Positions 56,767 to 64,000 of a stretch of 64,000 nt of DNA are shown one piece after another. The stretch is from Candidatus Moraniibacteriota bacterium. GTDB lineage: Bacteria > Patescibacteriota > Minisyncoccia > Moranbacterales > UBA1568. The position numbers were made by a program, and so were the translations under genes. The stretch's first letter is position 1. Each line of letters opens with the position of its first letter. Under the pieces are notes generated by a model that saw nothing but the letters and a program-made list of their open reading frames with translations, was not told where the DNA came from and made no database searches. The stretch is from NCBI GenBank assembly GCA_963778555.1, contig CAVZUR010000003.1, forward strand, positions 21,067 to 85,066, in the 5' to 3' direction.

Positions 56767-59583
56767 TTATTCGGATGCACGCCGACTCCTGACGACAGCT
56801 CCTTCCGGTGTATTGGGAATGACCGCAAACACGACGCCCGACGCAAAGAGGATGAGGAAGACCGAGAAGAGCACTTTCAGCGAGAAGAGTACTGATGCCG
56901 GGAGATAGCTTGCCACGAGAGCATAGTATTTCTTCATGCCTGACTGCGCGACCGCGGCGCCATCTGGCTGTTCCACCTGCGTATTGGAACTGAAATACTT
57001 CTCCGTCATATCCAGCGCAGAAAGCCCCCAGATATCCTCCATGGCTTGTCGCATCACCGGGCTGGGCCGATACACGGACGAGAGCGAGACATTGTAGACC
57101 GACTTTCCAATCTTGTTGGCCGGAAAGGTAACCGCATTTGCCGTTCCGAGGACCACTCCATCCACACTCCAGGAATTTTCCAGCTGGGGCGGGGTCCGAG
57201 CACCGAGAAAATCAGGCGTGAACTGAGCCGTGAGTGCGACGACATTGCCCGCGGCGGTCTCGAGAGTATCTTTGCTCAATTCCGGATATACCTGTCCATC
57301 CGTATCAACATATTGTCCAAGAGCTTTCTGCCAGACGCTCCCGACTCCAGCGTTGGGAATAATCGCGACCTCCGGTTCGACGATCTTGAAGGCTCTCGAA
57401 ATCGTGATGACTTGTTCCTGGGATACGGCACTGTTGTACGCGCCTGTGACCTGATTCGCCGTGACCGTTATCGTGAACACGTCGCCCACGCTCCCGATGA
57501 TCGGAAAGAAGTTCATGCGCACCGGGGAAGTGTCATTGCAGCCGGCCGAGACCTTGGAATTACAAACGAGCGGCTGGCCATTAATCGTCCAGTTGAAATT
57601 CGTGAGCTGCTGGTTCGGCACGCTCACCCCGATGATCTCGTTCTTGATAACACGGCATAGCTTGGTTTCGAGACGAGCCACGGATTGGGCCTCCGGTCTC
57701 GGATCCGTCGAGGTGCCAGTGCAAATCTGTCCTCCCTGATCAAGTGAAACGCGCGCTGGATCGCCGGCGACCGTCACCCGGTGAGCCAGCATGCGGTCCT
57801 GGCTCGCGTTGAATTTAACCACCACACTGCTCCGTCCGCGACGACTGGCTCCCGACGAAAAATTCTCAGCGGCATCCACCCGGAAACGGAGGTAGCCGGT
57901 ATTATTCGGGAGCGCGCCGGGCGGTATGACACCATCCGTATTGCGGATATTCAGGTTGAGCTCGACTTTGTTCACGCCATTCCCGCGCACTTGGGACAGA
58001 AGCTTCCGGCCATTCGAAAGGTTGTTGAGTTGATTCGTGATATTCACCCAGGGATTGTTGGCCGGGGGATTCGAGGTTCCGTCCGGAGAAATCTCCACAC
58101 GCCAATCAAAATACACATCCTGCATGCCCTGCGCGCCATTATCAATCGAGGCTACCGCTTCCAAAACATCACCATCACCCTGCTCGCTCGTATCATTGAC
58201 GGGATCGTCTGGCGAAGCTGAGACGGAAAGTTCCAGATTCGTCGCCTGCCCACCTTCGGTCGGATCGACGAGATTCTCGATCAGACAGTCGTTCAAATCG
58301 ATCTCGATCGTCGGTATCACGATGGAATAGCCTTCAATGATTTTCGTGTAGGAACCGGTATCATTTGGGCGGCGGCAGCCGGATGTCTTATTCTTGGAAA
58401 AAGCCCACATAATCATATTCGATGAGTCCTTATGCTTTGTCGGAACCATCGACGTCCCTTCTACGACAACGCCAACCTTGTCACCCTTGATATAGTTCCA
58501 GGTAAACGTCTCACGGCCAAGCCCGATGACATTGGCTTCGTCTTTATTGCCATTGTCCGAAGTATCCGCATCATTCGGATTCGTCTGCCAGAAGCGTTCC
58601 TCCCCGGCACCAAAAACACCATCCCCCGAGGTAACCCCGGGTGCTACCGGAAACAGGTGTCGGCAGATGGGATTCGGCGGGGTACCGGAACTCGTGCAGG
58701 CAGTGATTGGCGTCTCACAGGTGGTCGCCCGGGCCGCATTCGCAACGCAACAGGGCGTGCCCGTGGTACATCCCACGACTCCCGCATCACCGCCTGCTGG
58801 ATCAGGATCGCAATAAGGCGTACCCGAGACATAGAAGGCGCCGCTCCCGACTCCCGTGAAGGGGACGCCGCTTACATTGGGATCAATCACGGTCGGAGTC
58901 ACGTCTTGTCCTTCTTGCATGCACACCGCTACGGATCCACTCGGACAGCCATCAAATGCAATGCTCGATGACCCGATAGCGATCTCATAGTTCTCGCCAT
59001 TCGTATTATCATGAAAAGCGCAATGGTTCGGGACGTTCACTCGATTATCTCCGCCAAACCTTGCCGCGTAACCATCCGCATCCGTATCCGCACCGTAATT
59101 TGCCGTGAGAACATCGAAATCATTGGAGGCCAATATCCGATGGGCGGCGATTTTCCAGTCATTGGGACCAATAAGGCCATTGCCGTCAAGATCGCAATCG
59201 GCTGTCACCGCGCCTGTCGCACAGACGGCTCGCTGCAGATACCAGGTAAAATATAGTTTACTTGTATCTGTTGAAAAATACGTCGGGAAAGAACGTGCCG
59301 TGACCTTTTCACCCTCCTTTGGGTCAGACGGCGAAAAGAAGAGCGATACCTCCGGCGAGACTTTTTTCCCGCCCGCGACATTGAGCGACTCGCCCTGATC
59401 CTGCATCGCGCCCGGATTGATGTGATAACGCTGTTCCATCTCCGCGGCGTTCTGTGAGGCCGAGGGAACACTCGGCGATCCAAAGAGCGCGGCCGCTGGC
59501 AGTGCAGAAGTCAGGAATATCTGCAGACCCAGCACACCACTGGCCAAGCGGAACCACTTTTTATTTTTCATGCGACTCAGCAT
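56767..59583 (-). CDS. large secreted, Cys-rich surface protein with C-terminal TM (938 aa)
   Basis: Signal peptide; Asp-rich motifs DLDGNG, DTDADG, NPNDADTSDNG; paired Cys; C-terminal hydrophobic segment and basic tail. Confidence 0.85.
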   Translation of the reverse strand: MLSRMKNKKWFRLASGVLGLQIFLTSALPAAALFGSPSVPSASQNAAEMEQRYHINPGAMQDQGESLNVAGGKKVSPEVSLFFSPSDPKEGEKVTARSFPTYFSTDTSKLYFTWYLQRAVCATGAVTADCDLDGNGLIGPNDWKIAAHRILASNDFDVLTANYGADTDADGYAARFGGDNRVNVPNHCAFHDNTNGENYEIAIGSSSIAFDGCPSGSVAVCMQEGQDVTPTVIDPNVSGVPFTGVGSGAFYVSGTPYCDPDPAGGDAGVVGCTTGTPCCVANAARATTCETPITACTSSGTPPNPICRHLFPVAPGVTSGDGVFGAGEERFWQTNPNDADTSDNGNKDEANVIGLGRETFTWNYIKGDKVGVVVEGTSMVPTKHKDSSNMIMWAFSKNKTSGCRRPNDTGSYTKIIEGYSIVIPTIEIDLNDCLIENLVDPTEGGQATNLELSVSASPDDPVNDTSEQGDGDVLEAVASIDNGAQGMQDVYFDWRVEISPDGTSNPPANNPWVNITNQLNNLSNGRKLLSQVRGNGVNKVELNLNIRNTDGVIPPGALPNNTGYLRFRVDAAENFSSGASRRGRSSVVVKFNASQDRMLAHRVTVAGDPARVSLDQGGQICTGTSTDPRPEAQSVARLETKLCRVIKNEIIGVSVPNQQLTNFNWTINGQPLVCNSKVSAGCNDTSPVRMNFFPIIGSVGDVFTITVTANQVTGAYNSAVSQEQVITISRAFKIVEPEVAIIPNAGVGSVWQKALGQYVDTDGQVYPELSKDTLETAAGNVVALTAQFTPDFLGARTPPQLENSWSVDGVVLGTANAVTFPANKIGKSVYNVSLSSVYRPSPVMRQAMEDIWGLSALDMTEKYFSSNTQVEQPDGAAVAQSGMKKYYALVASYLPASVLFSLKVLFSVFLILFASGVVFAVIPNTPEGAVVRSRRASE

Positions 59584-59585
59584 AA

Positions 59586-60332
59586 TTAGCGGAGGATGAG
59601 TACGAACGCGTCTGTCAGGAAAAGATAGAACCAGGTCGCCCCGAGACTGTACCAGATCGAGCGGGATTGGTAGGCAATCAGACCGGCGAGAGGAGCAAAA
59701 ATGAGCGCCGGTATTCGCGAGGCATCAATGCTGCCCCCGCCCGAGGCAAGCAGTGCGAACAACACGGCCTGCGCTGCTACCGACCACACTCCCCATTTCC
59801 GAAGCCAGAGCAGCATGATGAAACCGCGGAAAAATACTTCGAACATGAGGACGATGACCCCACTCAGCAGCAGCTCATAGAGCACGAAGAAAAAGAATTT
59901 CTCTTCAACCACGACCGGTAAGCGATAATCGGAGAGGAGCGGGGTGAAATTCCAAAGAACGAAGAGGGCACTGAGCGCCACGACGAGCGCCAGGACGCTG
60001 CCACCGATACCGGCCCAGATGTTCCCTCGCTGGAAACCGAGCGCAGAAAGCGGCCGTCCTAGCATTATTTTACAGTATAGAATCGGAATAACCAAAAAAA
60101 CAGCGATGGCGGCAATGAAGTTCTGCACCATCGGGGGAAAGTCACTGCCCTCCCCGATATATTCCAACAGCAACATCGAAGCGACAATCACGGTCGCCGT
60201 ACCGATAAACTCTTTGTGACGAGCGAGAAACGTAACGCTTCTTTCCAACACAGAGTCGAGAAGTTGCACATGAGACTCGCTTTCGGGAGTTTCCGGGTGC
60301 CGCTTCTGGCGCTCAACAGCCGTCGTTTTCAT
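59586..60332 (-). CDS. CPBP (CAAX/Abi) family intramembrane protease-like protein with degenerate motifs
   Basis: Multi-TM; FEVFFRG; GLIAYQSRSIW. Confidence 0.75.
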   Translation of the reverse strand: MKTTAVERQKRHPETPESESHVQLLDSVLERSVTFLARHKEFIGTATVIVASMLLLEYIGEGSDFPPMVQNFIAAIAVFLVIPILYCKIMLGRPLSALGFQRGNIWAGIGGSVLALVVALSALFVLWNFTPLLSDYRLPVVVEEKFFFFVLYELLLSGVIVLMFEVFFRGFIMLLWLRKWGVWSVAAQAVLFALLASGGGSIDASRIPALIFAPLAGLIAYQSRSIWYSLGATWFYLFLTDAFVLILR

Positions 60333-60384
60333 ACCTCTCATTGTAGCGCATTTAGTGCCTGCATTGCCCCGCTAGAAAAATGCA

Positions 60385-60957
60385 TTAGGCCGCCTTCCGA
60401 AACTGATCATCATTCGCCGCCGCTCCGCGCTCTTGATTCGCCTGCTCCTGAGCGGCCTGTTCCGCCTCGGCCGCCGCCTCTTGTTGCATCGCGACTTCCG
60501 CCGAGCGAAGCTGTCCGTTCAACTTCGGGATCGCCTGCTCCAGCTTTTCTGCCTCTCCTTTGGAAGCATCGGCGTCTTTTTTCGCCAGATGATACGCATA
60601 GAGGACGCTCGCCGTGCCGAACGGAATCAAGCTCAGGAACGGGATGAGGTCCAGGAGCGCAATGATGAAGAAAACGAAGCGCAGCCATAACTTCCCCCGA
60701 CCCCACATGAAGATGAAAAGATACACAGTGATCGGAAAACAGAAGAGCAGCCCGACAATAAGCTGCCCGAAGATGGGAATCGCACTGAGCGGATCAAAGA
60801 GGAAGTCCTTGGCCAGCACCAGCGTGAGCGGGATGAGGAAGACGGAGAGATCGCCTTCCCGCACTTTTCTCCGGTGCTCGGCAGCGAGGCTGACCGCTCT
60901 TCTCAGTTGTTCCCACTTGCTCCGATGGAATCTCTCCAGCGCGACGTTTCCAGCCAT
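60385..60957 (-). CDS. hypothetical membrane protein
   Basis: Two helical-hairpin repeats (DPLSAIPIFG, DLIPFLSLIP) and a coiled-coil tail; directly after virB4. Confidence 0.75.
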   Translation of the reverse strand: MAGNVALERFHRSKWEQLRRAVSLAAEHRRKVREGDLSVFLIPLTLVLAKDFLFDPLSAIPIFGQLIVGLLFCFPITVYLFIFMWGRGKLWLRFVFFIIALLDLIPFLSLIPFGTASVLYAYHLAKKDADASKGEAEKLEQAIPKLNGQLRSAEVAMQQEAAAEAEQAAQEQANQERGAAANDDQFRKAA

Positions 60958-60963
60958 AGGACT

Positions 60964-63261
60964 TTAGGGGTTTTGGGCGTCGAACTCTTTCTTGGCATCC
61001 TCGATTTCGAGCAATTGGCGCGGGTCCGACGTGATGATCTGGTCCTCGCTGTACGACGCGATGACCTTGATCGCTGCATGCTTGGTCCCCGCAAAGAAAA
61101 TGCCTTCGCCGACATTCGATTCGAGCAGCAGGAATTTCTCATGATCGGTGAGATAGAACGTCTCCGTGATGAAATCGATCGAGGCGGGCGACTGACGCAA
61201 GAGGAGCTGCATCGACGAGTTCGTGATAATCGGCTTGCCGTAGCGCGACGACATGAAGTCGCTGATGTCCTGAGTGATGGTCGTGAGCCCGGTGTAGTAC
61301 TTGCGGCAGCGTTTGGCGATACCGAAGAGGAACGAGGCCGCGTCTTCATTCTGCATCATAATCCACGCCTCATCCACGACAATGATACGCTGGCGGAGCT
61401 TCGAACGGATGTCGTTCCAGATGTATTGCAGAATGATGTACATAGCCACCGGCCGCAGCTCCTCCTCAAGATCACGGATATTGAAGACAACGAGCTGATT
61501 GTCAGTATCGATATTCGTCTGCTGATTGAGAAAGCCAGAGAAAATACCTTCCGTGTACCGCTGGAGCCGGGCAGCGATCGAGTCCGCCCCTTCCATATTC
61601 TTCAGCACCGCGTACAAGTCTGACATCGTGGGGAACGATTGGGCCGTCAGGGATTCGAAATTCGAATCCTCATGGATATCGCGGATAGCGTACGCCTCAT
61701 GGATGGCTTGGTCGAGAATCGAGTCCTCCTCGGCTGACAGGGTTCCCAGCATTAGATGCAAGAGTCCGATGAGGTTGGCAATCGTATTGCGGAACACGCC
61801 GTCTCCCTCATCCTCGCCCGCGACTTTCGGCATATCGAACGGATTGAGGTGGACCTCGGAATTCAAGGAGATCTTCAAGAAAGCGCCCCCCACCGTTTCA
61901 CAGAGATGTTTGTACTCATTTTCCGGGTCGATGATGATCACACTCGATTCGAACATGAGCGCCCGCAACACCTCGAGCTTCACGGTATAGCTTTTTCCGG
62001 CGCCGGACTTGGCGAAGACGACCATATTCGCATTCTCCATCTTGAATCGGTCAAAGAGAATGAGGGAATTATTGTGACGGTTAATGCCATACAGGATACC
62101 CTCGTTCGAAGACAGGTCCGAAGACACGAATGGCAGCGTCGTCGAGAGCGGCTCGGTATTGAGATTATTGGCAACGTCAAGCGCGTCGTTGCCCAAAGGC
62201 CGCGTCGATGCGAAGCCGTCGTCCATCCGCAACACGGCTGTTTTGGTATAGACCAGCTGGGCTTCGAGGATCGCTTCTACCGACTGCACTTTCTGACCGA
62301 GATCCTTCTCGTCGACACCATACAGCATCATATAGAGCCCGAAGCGGAAAAACTTCTCCGTCCCCTGCTGAAGACGATCGCGCAGCTCTTCGATATTCTG
62401 GAGGGCCGCCTCGAGCACCGGGTCGCGGATCTTTCCGTCTTCGATTTCGATGTTCAGCTGGGACTGCACCTGGGTGGCGGATTTCCGGAGCTGCTTCAGG
62501 ATCTCGGCGGTTTCAATCGGATGAATGAAGAGCGCTGTGTCCATCGGAAAATCCAAATTGATAATCGGTGAAAACCAGTTAGTGGAAAGGAAGCGTGGGT
62601 AGGCAATCACGAACAAGGTGCGCGCCACGACATCGCCGATCTGTATCGTCGCGGGACTGACTCGAATCGCTGGTGGAGCAATCAAGTCTTTGATCGTCGC
62701 CAAACCTTTCTGATAGAGGGCTTCCGTCTCGGCGCTCTCACTCTTCACTGGCGCCGCTTTTTCCTTGAACATCCCTGAAAAGAGGTTCTTCTTGGCGGGT
62801 GTGGCAGCCCGTTTGTCATCCGCTGCAAACGCCTCGGTGGCAGCCGTCTTGGCCCACCCCATCCGATCATCCGCCGCCGGACGAGCGAGGTCGTCGAGAT
62901 CCGGAACCGCGACCGATTCGCGGGGTGGCCGAGCCGCTGCGGTTCGATACGCGCCCGTGGCTGGCGCGGCCACTTCCTCAATCGGCTCCAGGACTCTCGC
63001 CGCGGCTCTCGGCAGCGGTCGAGCCGAAGCCCTCAGCGGTGCTGGGGGAACGGGGGGCAAACCGGCTACCGGTTCCCAGGAATCCTTGAGCGGCTCGATA
63101 CCTTTCGCGTTAGGCTGCGCCGAAGGCAGCGCTTGAGCAGCACTCGTCGGCCGGCGCGGCGGAACTGATAATTGACCCAGTCCGCCCGCGTTCAACGCTG
63201 ATGCTTCCTCGGAGGAGGCAGACTTTATCGGTCGGTCGAAGATGATGAGTTCGCGTCCCAT
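60964..63261 (-). CDS. VirB4/TraC-like ATPase with a low-complexity N-terminal extension
   Basis: GILYGINRHNNSLILFDRF, Walker A AKSGAGKS, IIDPENEY, LNPFD, Walker B VVDEAW, ITQD. Confidence 0.92.
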   Translation of the reverse strand: MGRELIIFDRPIKSASSEEASALNAGGLGQLSVPPRRPTSAAQALPSAQPNAKGIEPLKDSWEPVAGLPPVPPAPLRASARPLPRAAARVLEPIEEVAAPATGAYRTAAARPPRESVAVPDLDDLARPAADDRMGWAKTAATEAFAADDKRAATPAKKNLFSGMFKEKAAPVKSESAETEALYQKGLATIKDLIAPPAIRVSPATIQIGDVVARTLFVIAYPRFLSTNWFSPIINLDFPMDTALFIHPIETAEILKQLRKSATQVQSQLNIEIEDGKIRDPVLEAALQNIEELRDRLQQGTEKFFRFGLYMMLYGVDEKDLGQKVQSVEAILEAQLVYTKTAVLRMDDGFASTRPLGNDALDVANNLNTEPLSTTLPFVSSDLSSNEGILYGINRHNNSLILFDRFKMENANMVVFAKSGAGKSYTVKLEVLRALMFESSVIIIDPENEYKHLCETVGGAFLKISLNSEVHLNPFDMPKVAGEDEGDGVFRNTIANLIGLLHLMLGTLSAEEDSILDQAIHEAYAIRDIHEDSNFESLTAQSFPTMSDLYAVLKNMEGADSIAARLQRYTEGIFSGFLNQQTNIDTDNQLVVFNIRDLEEELRPVAMYIILQYIWNDIRSKLRQRIIVVDEAWIMMQNEDAASFLFGIAKRCRKYYTGLTTITQDISDFMSSRYGKPIITNSSMQLLLRQSPASIDFITETFYLTDHEKFLLLESNVGEGIFFAGTKHAAIKVIASYSEDQIITSDPRQLLEIEDAKKEFDAQNP

Positions 63262-63265
63262 GGCG

Positions 63266-63946
63266 TTAAGAGGATTGGAGCTCAATGCCCTCGACGCTCT
63301 TGACCACGGTCGCCGCGAACATCGATGGATTATAACTATTGTACAAAAGTTCAATCAGCTCCTCGGTCTGCAGCGCGGACGCCCGGATACCCATCGGGGA
63401 CAAGCCCGCGACGATATGCTCGACACGCTGGACGAGCTGCGTCCGATAGGTATCGAACAGTTCCGCTTTCAGGCCGGCCGTCTTCTTCTGATTGAAGATA
63501 CCGCCGAGCTTGCCGACTATGCCGCCTTGGGTGTTTTCCGCCGAAGAGAACGGCACGACGACATAGAAATACTTCGACATGATATTCGAGACTTCGGTCA
63601 GATTCTTGATGAAGCTCTGGTATTCCTTCATCTGAAAGCGCAGGAGCTCATTCGGTTGCTGCGTCTCCTTGCCTTTCAAGAGCTCAATGTAGGGACCGAT
63701 GTTGAAGCGGCGGGACTGCACGACGATCTGCACCGGAAAATCGAGCGAATTTAAAAAATTCTGATACTGCGAGATGATAGCATCCTGCTCCTCGCTCGAT
63801 TTCAGATCGAAATTGATTGATGACACCAACAGGACAGCCCGGAGCGCCCCTGTCTTCAAGATGAGCACGCCGTCGCGGATTTCCTCGACATCAACATATC
63901 GCTGCGTGCTCGACCCGCCGGATTTTTTTTTCGAAAGGAGTTCCAT
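63266..63946 (-). CDS. conserved protein preceding VirB4 (T4SS-like cluster component)
   Basis: STQRYVDVEEIRDG, SINFDLKSSEEQDAII, FLNSLDFPVQI, ELLYNSYNP. Confidence 0.85.
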   Translation of the reverse strand: MELLSKKKSGGSSTQRYVDVEEIRDGVLILKTGALRAVLLVSSINFDLKSSEEQDAIISQYQNFLNSLDFPVQIVVQSRRFNIGPYIELLKGKETQQPNELLRFQMKEYQSFIKNLTEVSNIMSKYFYVVVPFSSAENTQGGIVGKLGGIFNQKKTAGLKAELFDTYRTQLVQRVEHIVAGLSPMGIRASALQTEELIELLYNSYNPSMFAATVVKSVEGIELQSS

Positions 63947-63958
63947 ACAGTTGCGGGT

Positions 63959-64000
63959 CTAGCGATTATCCATCAGCTGGGCCAGACGGCGCAGCTCCTC
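63959..64000 (-). CDS. 3' end of an upstream gene, possibly PrgI-like; partial
   Basis: EELRRLAQLMDNR*; identity inferred from position only. Confidence 0.4.
   Translation of the reverse strand, partial: EELRRLAQLMDNR

Noticed and set aside
60964-64000. Integrative conjugative element or prophage
   Set aside because: No integrase, relaxase, att pair or compositional shift is visible; it fits the chromosomal T4SS-like cluster of CPR.

Overview
Chromosomal segment of a small-genome bacterium. Gene content and order point to Patescibacteria/CPR, probably a Parcubacteria-like lineage (inference): a glycolysis cluster, split comEC, ftsAZ, rpsU-yqeY-ybeY-dgkA, rpsF-ssb-rpsR-efp, recA-rodZ-ftsK, rpoBC, a short IF-2 and a chromosomal VirB4 cluster. 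It uses the standard code and most genes are on the - strand. Several essential genes (gap, ftsZ, gyrB, ftsK, rpoB, rpoC, cca) carry 1-nt indels that look like consensus errors. The most unusual signal is non-coding: all four tRNA loci are entangled with small palindromic elements. (1) A complete tRNA-Leu(TAG) sits inside a hairpin-flanked ~120-bp insert that splits a second, different tRNA-Leu(TAG). (2) An 'empty' 21-nt version of the same insert splits the T-loop of a tRNA-Pro remnant. (3) A shared ~140-nt structured module follows tRNA-Pro(GGG) and tRNA-Ser(GGA). (4) One of four CCCCGTTAGA...TCTAACGGGG elements, which have unrelated interiors, supplies the 5' end of tRNA-Pro(CGG). Other points of interest: strong Shine-Dalgarno sites mostly confined to rpsU and orphan cassettes, two attenuator-like leaders (one ahead of a CheY-like gene), a promoter-driven ~180-nt hairpin RNA candidate, and a surface protein with an internal second signal peptide.
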